Source: an uncultured delta proteobacterium (GTDB lineage Bacteria; Desulfobacterota; RBG-13-43-22). From it: 64,000 bases of DNA. The DNA is taken from contig CAWBOS010000012.1 of the NCBI GenBank assembly GCA_963790475.1, forward strand, positions 1,376,001 through 1,440,000. Direction: 5' to 3'. Position numbers and translations under genes: made by a program. Below are positions 1-9,840 of this stretch, piece after piece (positions within the stretch are counted from its first letter, which is position 1; the number at the start of each line of letters is the position of its first letter). The notes under the pieces are model-generated. The model made no database searches. It saw only the letters and a program-made list of their open reading frames with translations, and was not told the origin of the DNA.

Positions 1-966
1 GGCTCTTCCGAAATGCCCATAGACCTTCGAATCCAGTCCATTGATATCCTCTACAGGGATTATGATCGACCTATCTGTTTGTTTAGACGGTTCTATGTGC
101 ACGAAAACCGATTCAATCCCATCATAGGTTCTCGTCACCATTTCTTCCACCTGGTCTGCCAGCGCATGAGCCTTAAATACTGTTAAGGAAGGGCTGGTAG
201 TGATGATACAATCTACCATCTTGAAGGGACCGAACTGCCGGATTTTAACTCCGCTTACCCCCTTGACTCCCTTTAAATTAAAGAGCTTTTTTCCAATCTC
301 ATTTTGCATCTGTGGATCGAGATTGGCATCCATCAAGATGAGAATAGGTGTCCAGATGCTCTTTAGGCCGAGGCGGAGAATAAACAGGGCGATAAACATG
401 ACCACCACACCTTCAATATAGGGAACTCTGAGGAAGGTTAAAAAGAGACCGAATAAAACGACCAGAGCGATACCTATATCCAGAAAAGATTCAGAGGCGT
501 TGGCCAACAGGGCTTTGGAATTGATATCCTTCCCTGTTTCTCTTTCCTTTTTGGCAATGAAATAAGCCGCGATCAGAGAGAGAACGGTAACCGAAACCGG
601 CAGGGTCGGAAAGCTATGCCAAGGCGGGATGAGGAATAATTTTTTATATCCCTGATAGAGATTCTCAAATCCGGCCAGGGTAATTAGCACTCCGATAACT
701 AGGGTTACGAAAGTCTCAGCCCGGTATAACCCGTAAGGAAATTTTTTACTTTTTTTTGCCGAAGCCAACCAAAGCCCCAGCCAGGAAGCAAGGATGGCCA
801 CCAAATCGACGCTGCTGTGAACGGCGTCGGCTATCAGGATTCTGGAGTCCGACAGATAGCCTATTAAATATTTTCCGATGGCCAGGAAAAAGACCAAAAA
901 AGAGGCGGCCAAGGCCACCTTCTGACCTTGCTTAAGCCTGTCGGTATGGTTTCGGACAATATCCAT
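1..966 (-). CDS. Cation diffusion facilitator transporter fused to a C-terminal NifB/NifX (MTH1175-like) domain; runs off the window start
   Basis: Hand translation from ATG at 966: MDIVRNH...IADAVHSSVD...FPYGLYRAE (CDF motifs). The distal end reads IIIPVEDINGLDSKVYGHFGRA, the typical NifB/NifX N-terminal motif. Not in the ORF track because the stop lies outside the window. Confidence 0.85.
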   Translation of the reverse strand, partial: MDIVRNHTDRLKQGQKVALAASFLVFFLAIGKYLIGYLSDSRILIADAVHSSVDLVAILASWLGLWLASAKKSKKFPYGLYRAETFVTLVIGVLITLAGFENLYQGYKKLFLIPPWHSFPTLPVSVTVLSLIAAYFIAKKERETGKDINSKALLANASESFLDIGIALVVLFGLFLTFLRVPYIEGVVVMFIALFILRLGLKSIWTPILILMDANLDPQMQNEIGKKLFNLKGVKGVSGVKIRQFGPFKMVDCIITTSPSLTVFKAHALADQVEEMVTRTYDGIESVFVHIEPSKQTDRSIIIPVEDINGLDSKVYGHFGRA

Positions 967-985
967 TCTTTCGCTTGAACCCTGT

Positions 986-1210
986 TTATTCACCTTTTAA
1001 AAATTGACGGGTCAGAGGGGACCCGCACTGAGGGCAGTTTCTCTGAAAACAAGGGATTCCTGGTTTATGGGGAACCACAAGACGGCACTGGGGACAGATG
1101 CAGTTCGTGGGGGGTCCTTCTGACCCAATGCCTCCGGGGCCCCTTCCGCCGCCAAACCCTCGTCCTTTACCTCCCCTTTGTCGCCCGCCCCCCCTGAGCA
1201 TAAAGGGCAT
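986..1210 (-). CDS. Small Gly-rich protein with Cys zinc-ribbon (CxCPxC...CxxxxCPxCG)
   Basis: GGGRG repeats followed by CICPQC...CFQRNCPQCG; paralog of 8503-8709. Confidence 0.7.
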   Translation of the reverse strand: MPFMLRGGGRQRGGKGRGFGGGRGPGGIGSEGPPTNCICPQCRLVVPHKPGIPCFQRNCPQCGSPLTRQFLKGE

Positions 1211-1231
1211 GATGACCTCCTGTCCGCACTT

Positions 1232-1996
1232 TCATTTAAAAAGACGGTTTTTATCTACGGTAAGATTAATCTTTTTAACATTTTTTTTGAAAAACTGCAT
1301 TCCGCCACCTTCGCTGACGATTTGTAATATCCTCTCACTATCAAGGACCTCGATGCCGGAAAGCAACGTTACCGGAGTATCCCGGAAGGCCTTTGGTAAA
1401 AAAGGGGTGGAGGCCCCTAACAGGACGACCTCACGACAAGAGGCCGCAGCCTTTAAAAGTTTTTCGAGGGTTTTATTAATTATGGTGGTAGAAGTGATCA
1501 GGGCAACGTGACAACGAGGAAGCCAATCAAGAGCAGCCTCCTCCGAGAGAATTCCCGGTAAATCCCATTGCTCAAAAATGTGCAGGTATTTTACTCTTTT
1601 TTTCAGTTCAGGAACCAATGGGGCAAAATTTCCCACCATCCCCACCGTATCCTCAGAGGTTAGGTTGAGGAATTTCAGGATATCCCCTTCCTGAGCCCCA
1701 CAGGGTTGATAGTTGGACAGGGCATTGACGGTTGCCAATCCCACCGCCGCCTCTATTTTCTCATCTGAATCAAGCAAAGGTAAAAGATCCCCAGCCTTCC
1801 TCCCGGCCAGGGGACGAAGCCCGTGAAATACGGAGCATCCTCCAGGTAAGTCCTGCCGGAAGGTAAAGGCCACGCCGGTCCGTCCGGATTCGAGCTGCAC
1901 CGCCGTGTATCCCAGGCCGATACGCACATCTTTAACCCGATCTTCCCTGCCGCTTTCCTGCAGGGTTTGAATGATCTTTTTCGGAATGTCTGCCAT
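1232..1996 (-). CDS. DUF364 / Rossmann-like putative heavy-metal-chelation protein
   Basis: VRIGLGYTAV, AAVGLATVNAL, VGMVGNF, ITSTTIINKT, LGASTP motifs. Confidence 0.8.
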   Translation of the reverse strand: MADIPKKIIQTLQESGREDRVKDVRIGLGYTAVQLESGRTGVAFTFRQDLPGGCSVFHGLRPLAGRKAGDLLPLLDSDEKIEAAVGLATVNALSNYQPCGAQEGDILKFLNLTSEDTVGMVGNFAPLVPELKKRVKYLHIFEQWDLPGILSEEAALDWLPRCHVALITSTTIINKTLEKLLKAAASCREVVLLGASTPFLPKAFRDTPVTLLSGIEVLDSERILQIVSEGGGMQFFKKNVKKINLTVDKNRLFK

Positions 1997-1998
1997 AT

Positions 1999-2689
1999 TT
2001 ATTCTCCGGCCCCTTTTCCTAGGTTCGAAACCAATTCCTGAAGACGTTCTTCCGCCTCCTGGACCATCTGCCTGAAAAGGTGGGCTATGGTCATTTCCTC
2101 CTTAATCAAAGCCGCTGCCTGCCCCATCAGCGAATTCATCGTCAAAAGCAGCACTGAGAAGCTTTGGTACCATCTCGACGATATGAACTTTGACTGAGGA
2201 GTTGCGGGCCAATTCGTCCGCAAATTTCACACCTATAAAACCTCCTCCGAGGATGACCACTTGCTTTGCCTTTTGCGCCCTTTCCCGTAGAGCCGTCATG
2301 GCCGAAAGGCTTTTTTCAATGGCAAAGACGCCATCTCTCTCAACACCAGGGATAGGAGGAACAGCAGGCTTGCTCCCGGTGGCCAGGACGAGCCTCTCAT
2401 AATTGAGTTCCTGTTTCGATTCCAACGTAAGCTTTGAAGCTGCTGTATCCAGGGAAATCGCCTTGCTGATCATGATTTCTATGCCCGCCTTCTCTAAAGG
2501 CGCCATACCCATGATGTTCTGGGCCGGGTCAGACAGGGTGTGCATCATGTAAGGAATGGCACAGGGTATTACGCCATCGGCGATCTCCTTGATAACACAA
2601 ACTGACTTGTCGGGATAAACACTTTTAGCTGTAAGGGCCGTGATAACCCCCGCAGGTCCTCCACCAACGATGATAATATTGTAGTTCAT
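1999..2689 (-). pseudogene. Deletion fusion: N-terminal half of an NADH oxidase/CoA-disulfide reductase-like flavoprotein joined to the C-terminal tail of a FabK/nitronate monooxygenase-like gene
   Basis: GGGPAG, ATGS, GGGFIG motifs end at AFDDEF after about 190 aa; another frame continues SLMGQAAALIKEEMTIAHLFRQMVQEAEE to the stop at 1999. Confidence 0.65.
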
Positions 2690-2812
2690 AATATTTCCCT
2701 TTTAGCTTTTTTATAAAACGATAAAAATCAAGATTTAAAAGTTAAAGATTTTAACCTCGGCAGACAGATTTATTAAATTAACCGAATGGATGGGCACCCT
2801 CCTTCATTCAAC

Positions 2813-3511
2813 TTAAATCTCCACCGCATCTCCTACCTTGAGAGGCAGAAAGTTCTCTCTAAAAGCCTGTTTGAAGTATTCTTGTGCCTCCGGGCCGGTA
2901 CAATGACAGGGGGCCACCCGCTTAACGCCGAGCCTTCGAAATTGATCGATAATGTTTTTTATTTTATGGGGTTGAGCTCCAAATAAATGAAATCCCCCCA
3001 TCACCAGATCTATCGGTCCTTCGATAAGAGAGGCCGCCCTTTGAACCCAGTGATCCACACCACCATGGGTACAGCCGAACAACAGGGACCAGCCTTGCTG
3101 TCCCTTAATCATCAAAGCCTGTTCGAGGAATCCGCCTTCGCCATTGACCAACCGGTGAATCCCTGGCAAAATTTCGCCTGTTTGTTTGTGGTTTGACGAA
3201 AGGTGAAAACCGTGATCCTGGAGCTGACGGCTAAGAATTGGGTCCAGCAACCCCGGTAACATCATGACTTCAGGGGATGTCTCTTCCAAGGCCATAATTC
3301 CTCTGGTGTGATCAAAATGACCATGGGATAGAAATATTTTTTTTATGCTCTGACGAGAGATATTCAACGTTTTAAGATTATTTCGGAGCTTATCCGGGTC
3401 CTCTCCTGTGTCGAACAAAATTTCAGGTTCATGAAGGAAACAGGAAAACCCCCAGCCCACCAGACAGCCGGAATTCGAAGTCGTTCCATCAAAAACAACG
3501 GTAAGCTTCAT
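2813..3511 (-). CDS. MBL-fold metallo-hydrolase (COG1237-like)
   Basis: WGFS, LFDTG, SHGHFDH, GCTH, GGFHL, PCHCTG motifs. Confidence 0.85.
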   Translation of the reverse strand: MKLTVVFDGTTSNSGCLVGWGFSCFLHEPEILFDTGEDPDKLRNNLKTLNISRQSIKKIFLSHGHFDHTRGIMALEETSPEVMMLPGLLDPILSRQLQDHGFHLSSNHKQTGEILPGIHRLVNGEGGFLEQALMIKGQQGWSLLFGCTHGGVDHWVQRAASLIEGPIDLVMGGFHLFGAQPHKIKNIIDQFRRLGVKRVAPCHCTGPEAQEYFKQAFRENFLPLKVGDAVEI

Positions 3512-3574
3512 AGGGTTAAATAAGAAGAACCTCGGCGGAAAAGCACGAGGTTCTTCAGGGTAGGTGGTTAGTCA

Positions 3575-3904
3575 CTATTTAACATTTTGTTTTTCCAATT
3601 TTCCCAATCGTCGCTCAATAGAGTTGAGGACGTCCCTCAACGAAGAAGCCTCTTCTTTCACTTGAGAAGCTTCTTCTTCGCTGGTTGGGTTATAAGACGG
3701 AAAGAATCCCCGTCTCGCCCAGGGCCTTAAAAAATAACCCCCTAAACCTAAACCCATACCCAGAAGGCCTCGTCCCATTCCCCGGCCTCTTCCAAACCAA
3801 CCGGCACCAGCCGGGTTACGGAGAGCACCGGTACCGCAAAAACCGCGGCCTCCTCCTGTTTTTGGTCCCATTCCAGTGGGACCCGTTCGATCAAAACCTG
3901 GCAT
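3575..3904 (-). CDS. DUF5320-family protein
   Basis: MPGFDRTGPTGMGPKTGGGRGFC start, Gly/Arg-rich middle, C-terminal coiled coil; ATG at 3904 after an AAGGAGG RBS. Confidence 0.8.
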   Translation of the reverse strand: MPGFDRTGPTGMGPKTGGGRGFCGTGALRNPAGAGWFGRGRGMGRGLLGMGLGLGGYFLRPWARRGFFPSYNPTSEEEASQVKEEASSLRDVLNSIERRLGKLEKQNVK

Positions 3905-4129
3905 AATGCATTCCTCCTTCTTTTTGCAAGGAGGATTATCTGATCCTCCCCACACAGTGAAAAATGTTACTGTCCGCAACAATGGTCGGTTGCGCACAGG
4001 GCGAACATTGACCACAACGATAAGGGTGAGGCACACAGGGCGAAAAGGCTTAAATGAAATTCAAAGAGTGTTTATCCCGTGTCGCCTCGGCCGCTTGTTA
4101 GCTGAATTTGTATGGACCTTAGTAAACAG

Positions 4130-4591
4130 CTATCGCCTTCTCCAGCCGCTCCAAGAAGGAAAACCGTTTTCATCCCGAAGTTTGAGTATTTCATCTCCTT
4201 TTTTAACTTCTGAAGCGATAATGGCTGGCTTACCTTCAAAGGTAATTCGTGAACCTTTGACCTCAACTTTGTCTTTCGGCAAGATCTTAATGTCCTGGTT
4301 TTCAATAAACCATCCTGGCCCCATATGAACAGATATTGTTCCCTTGTCGGTTTTTACAGTCATGTGAACACCGTAGGACATACCCTTTATTGGAGTAATT
4401 TTGTCAACCCTGATCACCTCTCCGCTGACGGTCTCAACGGTTTTCGGATTATACATTTTGCTGTAGGCAGTTCCCATCCCCCAGCCACCGTTGCCTTTCC
4501 ACCCCATCCCTCTTTGAGCAAAAGATTCGGTAGCGATAAGAAGGACGAGAATGGAAATTACCACTGCCAAAATTCCAGCATTCTTTTTCAT
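4130..4591 (-). CDS. Exported OB-fold protein (MamS/MamX-like domain)
   Basis: Signal peptide, then YNPKTVETVSGEV...VHMGP.WF...LRDENGFPSW. Confidence 0.7.
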   Translation of the reverse strand: MKKNAGILAVVISILVLLIATESFAQRGMGWKGNGGWGMGTAYSKMYNPKTVETVSGEVIRVDKITPIKGMSYGVHMTVKTDKGTISVHMGPGWFIENQDIKILPKDKVEVKGSRITFEGKPAIIASEVKKGDEILKLRDENGFPSWSGWRRR

Positions 4592-4632
4592 TTTAACCTC
4601 CTCTCTGTTGATAACTTTTGTCCACCTGATGT

Positions 4633-4797
4633 TCAGCTAACAAGGTGTATTTCTCCTGATCGGTGCGCAGTCATGCTGATCAGCCTTTTCATCTTTCCCT
4701 GGTTGGTAGGGCAAATGCTCAGGGGGAGATGGTCATGTTTTTCTAAGCGTTCTATAATTGTCCCGCATTTTAAATAGCCATATTCATATATCGGCAC
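4633..4797 (-). CDS. Degenerate FmdB-family zinc-ribbon protein (54 aa), possibly a pseudogene
   Basis: Hand translation VPIYEYGYLKCG...ICPTNQGKMKRLIS; two of the four expected Cys are lost; GTG follows the stop of the upstream gene directly. Confidence 0.55.
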   Translation of the reverse strand: MPIYEYGYLKCGTIIERLEKHDHLPLSICPTNQGKMKRLISMTAHRSGEIHLVS

Positions 4798-5238
4798 CTA
4801 AACTTCCTTTCGAGTCCTTTTGATAAAACCTTCAATAGCTTGACGCAGTGCGTCGCGGGCCAGAATGGCGCAATGCTGATGATCAGCCGGAAACACCGGC
4901 AGACTCTTGGCAATCTCTTTTTCATCAATATCCCAGGCTTCTTCCAACTCTTTCCCTTTGGCCAGGGCCGCGGCAATCGAGGCGCAGGCCCGGCTGACGG
5001 CACAGCCATTGACTTGAAATCGGGATTCAATAATCTTATTCCCTTCAACCCTTAAAGAGATCTCCATGGTATCACCGCAGGGACCGGTTACTTTTCCCAC
5101 ACTGTCCGGGTGATCCAAAATCCCTTCGTTATGAGGACCTAGCCAGAATTGGACAACCGGCCGGCATGAATCTTTTGTTGAATTGTCTTCTTGTGCCGCT
5201 CCAGGATGGGAAGAAAACCGGCTCGTCGCTATTGACAT
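4798..5238 (-). CDS. NifU/IscU-like Fe-S scaffold protein
   Basis: GPCGDTM, GCAVSRAC, HCAILA motifs. Confidence 0.85.
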   Translation of the reverse strand: MSIATSRFSSHPGAAQEDNSTKDSCRPVVQFWLGPHNEGILDHPDSVGKVTGPCGDTMEISLRVEGNKIIESRFQVNGCAVSRACASIAAALAKGKELEEAWDIDEKEIAKSLPVFPADHQHCAILARDALRQAIEGFIKRTRKEV

Positions 5239-5259
5239 TTTTTTGGTTCCTTAGTTAAT

Positions 5260-6136
5260 TTATTCCTTGAAAAATTTTTCTTGAACTCTATCCCAAATCT
5301 TTTCGATTTCTCCCCCCAGGCCGCTCCCGTTCATTTCCGGAATGGTTTTTCCCTGGATCATGGCCTCAGTTACCACCGGGTCATAAGGGAGACGCCCGGC
5401 CAATCCAAGTCCTCTTTCTCGGCAATAGGTTTCAATTCGGTCGGTCATTTCCTGGTTCAGGTCATATTTGTTGATCAGGACCATTCCCGGGATATTGAAG
5501 TGACCGGCCAGATCGAGCACCCGGTTCAGATCATGCAGTCCGGAGAGAGTCGGTTCAGTGACGATCAAAACCCCATCCGCACCGGTGAGCGAGGAAATGA
5601 CCGGACAGCCAATACCCGGGGGGCCATCCACTAAAATCAAAGGCAGTCCTTTGGCCTCGGCTATTTCCTGGGCTTTGCCGCGAATCAGGGCTACTAGTAA
5701 TCCTGAATTTTCCTGTCCTGCACCCAACTGGGCATGGACCATGGGCCCGAAACGCGTTTCGGAAACAAACCATTCGCCGCATTGCGCTAAAGGGAAATCA
5801 ATGGCCCCGAAAGAACAAAAACGGACACACACGCCGCAGCCTTCGCAGGAGATCGGGTCTACCTGAAAGTCTTCGCTGATGGCTTCAAAACGGCACACTT
5901 CCCGACATCGACCACAATCGGTGCATAGTTCGGGGTGGACGACTGCCTTTCGTCCCCCCATGAACGCTTCCCTGCTTTGGACCTTGGGGGCAGAGCAACA
6001 AATGCAGATCCGGAGCGTCGACATCACAATCAACAAGGATTTTATTTGGGACTAAGGCGGCCAAGGCACCCACCAGGCTGGTTTTCCCGGTGCCACCTTT
6101 ACCGCTTAACACACATAATTCTTTTGTTTTACTCAT
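5260..6136 (-). CDS. MinD-superfamily P-loop ATPase with inserted ferredoxin domain (COG1149); +1 frameshift in the G5 run at 5986-5990
   Basis: SGKGGTGKT and DCDVDAPDLH in one frame; CxxCxxCxxxC and DGPPGIGCP in the next. Removing one base gives LHLLLCPKVQSRE. Confidence 0.8.
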
Positions 6137-6181
6137 AAGGTCTTTTTTGTTTAAGTATGCTGTTAATACAACTATTCTTAT

Positions 6182-6257
6182 ATCCCTCCCCACTTCCCTT
6201 TTTCAAAGGGAGGAGAAAATCCTCCCCCTTTGGGAAAGGGGGATTGAAAGGGATTTT
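6182..6257. repeat. Palindromic intergenic repeat (CCCTTT..AAAGGG hairpins)
   Basis: tccctttttcaaaggga and tccccctttgggaaaggggga hairpins. Confidence 0.5.
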
Positions 6258-6271
6258 GGGTTATATCCGTT

Positions 6272-7123
6272 TTATGATTTTTCTATCTGTCCCTTAATTT
6301 CCAAATAAAGTTTCTGAAATTGATCCCTTAACTCCGGTCGTATTTCAACAAGCGATTGTCCTTTGGCATAACCTTCGGCAATCCGGCGCTCAAAAGGTAT
6401 CTCCATCAGTAAAGGGATCCCCTGCGATTGCAGATAGGTCTGGACCTGTTTGTCCCCGATATCAGCCCGATTCAGGATCACGCCGCAGGGAATATTCAGA
6501 GTTCCCAGAGACGCTACGGCCAGCTTCAAGTCACATAGCCCGAAAGGGGTGGGTTCGGTCACCAGGATGGTGTAATCCGAGCCTTTGACGGTCTGAATGA
6601 CCGGACAGGAGGTTCCCGGCGGGGCATCCAGGATGGCCAGAGCGTCATTTTTTATACGTTTTTTAACCTCCCGGATCAAAGGGGGGGACATGGGTTCCCC
6701 GACGCGTAACCGGCCTTGGACAAAATGAACAGGTCCGGCCCAGCCTTCTTCTATTTCTCCCAATTCTTTCATGTCCGGTAGCAAGGCCTTTGGCTCACAG
6801 ACCAGAAAACACCCTCCACAGGCATGGCACATTTCAGGGAAGGTAAGGATCGTTTCTTTCCCTAACACCAGGATGGCCTTGAATTGGCAGAGCTGGGAAC
6901 AAGCCCGGCAATAGGTGCATTTTTTTTCATCGACCCTCGGGACCTGGAGATAAATCGTCTCTTTTTTTTCCCATCGGGTCTTCATGAAAATATGGCCGTT
7001 GGGGGCCTCCACATCACAATCCAGGAGTTGGACCGGTTCCTTTACAGACAAGGCCAGGGCTACGGCCACACTGGTCTTGCCTGTTCCTCCTTTGCCGCTG
7101 GCGACACTAATGATCACAGACAT
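6272..7123 (-). CDS. MinD-superfamily P-loop ATPase with inserted ferredoxin domain (COG1149)
   Basis: SGKGGTGKT, DCDVEAPN, CTYCRACSQLC, CHACGGCFLVC, DAPPGTSCP. Confidence 0.9.
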   Translation of the reverse strand: MSVIISVASGKGGTGKTSVAVALALSVKEPVQLLDCDVEAPNGHIFMKTRWEKKETIYLQVPRVDEKKCTYCRACSQLCQFKAILVLGKETILTFPEMCHACGGCFLVCEPKALLPDMKELGEIEEGWAGPVHFVQGRLRVGEPMSPPLIREVKKRIKNDALAILDAPPGTSCPVIQTVKGSDYTILVTEPTPFGLCDLKLAVASLGTLNIPCGVILNRADIGDKQVQTYLQSQGIPLLMEIPFERRIAEGYAKGQSLVEIRPELRDQFQKLYLEIKGQIEKS

Positions 7124-8354
7124 TATCTCCGGTAATCAGGGTTTGATTCACATAATGGGCAATCAATTCTTCCGGACCCAGTTGAGGGGCTCCGGTCAAC
7201 ACCTTGATCCCCCGTTCATTAAAGAGGCTGACCGCCCTTTGGCCCATGCCCCCGGCGATAATCAGGTCAACCCCCTTTTCTCCCAGCCAACGGGGAAGGA
7301 GACCTGGTTCATGGGGAGGAGGGGTAATCATAACTTTTTGGATAATGTTTTTTCCTTGCAAATCAATGAGGGCAAATTGTTCGCAATGACCAAAGTGATT
7401 ACAAAGCATCCCCTCGGCCATGGGGATGGCGATCTTTACACTGTCAGACGTTGTATTGATAGAATTCATTATAGGTAAGACCTCCGTTATGGGTTGTAGG
7501 ACTTTTATTTGACTTTGGTTGGCGCTGGTTATTATTTTTTCAATAATTCCATCCAGGGCCTCTTTGACCGCAGGTGAAGGATTATGGAAGAGATAGGCCT
7601 CTCCCCGGTCTCCCATTTCCATCAGGCGGATATCAAAAGGAATGCTTCCCAAGAAAGGGACCTTCATGGAGACGGCTGTTCGTTTTCCCCCGTCTTTTTT
7701 AAAGATGGCCGATTCCTGACCGCAGTGGGGGCAGATGTATCCGCTCATGTTTTCCACCAATCCCATAATGGGCATATCGACCTGACGACAAAAATTGATG
7801 GACTTGCGCACGTCGGACAGGGAGATTTCCTGAGGCGTGGTGACGATGACCGCCTGGGCATCGGGTATGGTCTGGGCTACGGTCAGGGGTTCATCGCCGG
7901 TCCCCGGGGGTGAATCAATAATCAGGAAATCCAGGTCTCCCCAGATCACATCGGCTATAAATTGCCGGATGACCCCGATCTTCAGAGGACCCCGCCAGAT
8001 GGTCGGGGAATCCTTGTCAGGCATCAGCACTTCAATGGAAATCACCTTCAAATGATCATTGACGGGAATGGGAAAAATCCCATCTCTTTGTTGAAGGGGG
8101 GTCTGCTGCATAAGGCCGAGCATTCTTGGGATGCTCGGCCCATGCAGGTCCACATCCATAAGGCCAATCTTATAGCCTTTTAAAGATAATCCGGCGGCCA
8201 GGTTTACGGCCAGGCTGCTTTTCCCGACGCCTCCCTTGCCACTCATGACCAATAATTTGTGTTTAATGCGGGATAATGATTTAGCTATAGAGGCATCCTC
8301 CGCCCTCTGAGATTCATTCCCTGCATTAGAACCGTGTGCACAACTGCTGCTCAT
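7107..8354 (-). CDS. Mrp/NBP35 Fe-S carrier ATPase fused to a NifB/NifX (ORP) domain
   Basis: SGKGGVGKS, WRGP, DSPPGTGD, ENMSGYICPHC; C-terminal HFGHCEQF...PPPHEPG...GGMG...NVCDH. Confidence 0.9.
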   Translation of the reverse strand: MSSSCAHGSNAGNESQRAEDASIAKSLSRIKHKLLVMSGKGGVGKSSLAVNLAAGLSLKGYKIGLMDVDLHGPSIPRMLGLMQQTPLQQRDGIFPIPVNDHLKVISIEVLMPDKDSPTIWRGPLKIGVIRQFIADVIWGDLDFLIIDSPPGTGDEPLTVAQTIPDAQAVIVTTPQEISLSDVRKSINFCRQVDMPIMGLVENMSGYICPHCGQESAIFKKDGGKRTAVSMKVPFLGSIPFDIRLMEMGDRGEAYLFHNPSPAVKEALDGIIEKIITSANQSQIKVLQPITEVLPIMNSINTTSDSVKIAIPMAEGMLCNHFGHCEQFALIDLQGKNIIQKVMITPPPHEPGLLPRWLGEKGVDLIIAGGMGQRAVSLFNERGIKVLTGAPQLGPEELIAHYVNQTLITGDNVCDH

Positions 8355-8502
8355 AACTGAAACTCCTTTCAATTTTTCTTAGTGATAGATTTTTTTGAAT
8401 TATCATGTTTGGTTGAGTCCCACCCAGGGCGGAGTGAGAGGTGGCCCCTCCATGAGCGGGACTCATCCGGCGTTTGCCGGAAGGATATTTCTTTCTTTAA
8501 AG

Positions 8503-8709
8503 CTATCCCCGAACCATGGTGGTGCCGCATTTGGAACACGCTATGGTGTTGCAGGGCACTCCCCGGGCATGGGGGCTTTTATTGCCGCATTTGGGACAAA
8601 TACAATTTCCACCAGCACCCATGCCGGCACCTCCCCCCATTCCTCGTCCTGATCCGAGGCCTCCCCCAGAACCTTTTCCGGCCGGGCCGGTACCATCTCT
8701 TCTTGGCAT
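8503..8709 (-). CDS. Small Gly-rich DUF5320-like protein with Cys ribbon
   Basis: MPRRDGTGP start; CICPKCG...GVPC...CSKCG. Confidence 0.75.
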   Translation of the reverse strand: MPRRDGTGPAGKGSGGGLGSGRGMGGGAGMGAGGNCICPKCGNKSPHARGVPCNTIACSKCGTTMVRG

Positions 8710-8783
8710 AATTCCTCCTGTCTTCTATGATTCTTTAATGTTTTTTTCTTTTTTAATTCCACAATCCGAAATCCGAAATTTTA

Positions 8784-9146
8784 TTATCCCCAGTGCCCTT
8801 CGACATTCGGGGCATCGGCGAAATTGATTTTTCCTTGTTTATATTGATCGACTGCTTCTTTGATTTTTCCGGAAATTCCTATTCCCACATTCACTCCTGC
8901 GGCCTGGAGTACCTTGAAGGCCTTTGGACCGCAGTTACCGGTCAAAACTGTTTTTGCCCCATGTTCCACGACCGTTTGAGCGGCCTGAATCCCGGCGCCC
9001 TGGGGTAACTGCAGATTCTGCTTGTTTTCAATGATCTCCACCTTCATTGTTTCCGGATCGACCAATAAGAAAAATCCGGCCCGTCCGAAACGAGGATCGA
9101 TTTCGGAATCCAGCGTATTTCCTTTGGAACTGATGGCTATTTTCAT
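8784..9146 (-). CDS. NifB/NifX-family protein (orange protein ORP-like)
   Basis: MKIAISS, DPRFGRA, GAGIQAAQ, TGNCGPKAF, NVEGHW. Confidence 0.9.
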   Translation of the reverse strand: MKIAISSKGNTLDSEIDPRFGRAGFFLLVDPETMKVEIIENKQNLQLPQGAGIQAAQTVVEHGAKTVLTGNCGPKAFKVLQAAGVNVGIGISGKIKEAVDQYKQGKINFADAPNVEGHWG

Positions 9147-9520
9147 GGTTTAGTTAATCCTTTTCTTCGACAAGTTTTTCCCCTCTGCCTTCCTTTTCCT
9201 CCCCGGCAGCAGGGAAGGTTCAATTTTCCACTTAAGTATTCTTTAATGATGGTATCCACTTCCCCATAAAGGGGGTAGGCCACCTGAATTCCAAAACGAT
9301 TCAATCCGTTTATGTCTTCAAGGCGAATACCGCCGCAGATCAATTGCCTTATGCCCAATTGTCTCAAATAAATTATTTTTTCATCCGGCCCCCAGTGGCT
9401 GATATCCAACTCTCTTTTATCCACCAGTTGGTTTTTCTCAATTTCCAGGACCAATAATTTCCTGGCACAATCCAGCCGTGGAGAGATTCGATCTAAAAAA
9501 ACCGGGATAGCCACTTTCAT
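9143..9520 (-). CDS. NifB/NifX-family protein
   Basis: MKVAIPV..RISPRLD, LICGGI motifs. Confidence 0.8.
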   Translation of the reverse strand: MKVAIPVFLDRISPRLDCARKLLVLEIEKNQLVDKRELDISHWGPDEKIIYLRQLGIRQLICGGIRLEDINGLNRFGIQVAYPLYGEVDTIIKEYLSGKLNLPCCRGGKGRQRGKTCRRKGLTKP

Positions 9521-9546
9521 TATATTTACTCCTCTCCTATTATTAC

Positions 9547-9563
9547 TTCAAGAAGAGTGCCAA
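9547..9563 (-). promoter_or_regulatory. Sigma54 (-24/-12) promoter of the orp-like operon
   Basis: Minus strand TTGGCACTCTTCTTGAA (GG-N10-GA, one mismatch from consensus), about 27 nt upstream of the ATG and next to a sigma54 activator gene. Confidence 0.65.
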
Positions 9564-9629
9564 GGGACGGGAAGACTGGAGATGTGATCAATTGGAAGGG
9601 ACCATGGAAAATGTCGAATGCCAATTTAG

Positions 9630-9706
9630 GTCATTCCGGCGAAAGCCGGAATCCAGTAATTTTAATTAGTTGTGTTTTCCTGGACCCCGGCTTTCGCCGG
9701 GGTGAC
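9630..9706. repeat. REP/dRS3-like palindromic element (pair of inverted GTCAYYCCGGCGAAAGCCGG units)
   Basis: GTCATTCCGGCGAAAGCCGGAATCCAG ... CTGGACCCCGGCTTTCGCCGGGGTGAC. Confidence 0.8.
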
Positions 9707-9785
9707 GGTTCTTCATCCCAATTATTGATATGATTACCTTTGACTTATTGGGTAGCGATTAAGGACTTTGAAATTCAATAGACCT

Positions 9786-9822
9786 ATTGCAAAATGCAAT
9801 AACTTTATTGCAAAACTGCAAT
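9786..9822. promoter_or_regulatory. Candidate upstream activator sites (two ATTGCA-N3/4-TGCAAT palindromes)
   Basis: ATTGCAAAATGCAAT at 9786-9800 and ATTGCAAAACTGCAAT at 9807-9822. Confidence 0.5.
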
Positions 9823-9840
9823 TCGCAATCAGGGGGAAAT

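Noticed and set aside
3985-4050. Direct repeat CACAGGGCGAA x2 as a mini-CRISPR or operator
   Set aside because: Only two 11-bp copies, no cas genes and no further support.
4130-4591. Magnetosome gene cluster
   Set aside because: Only a lone MamS/X-like OB-fold gene; no other mam/mad genes are present.
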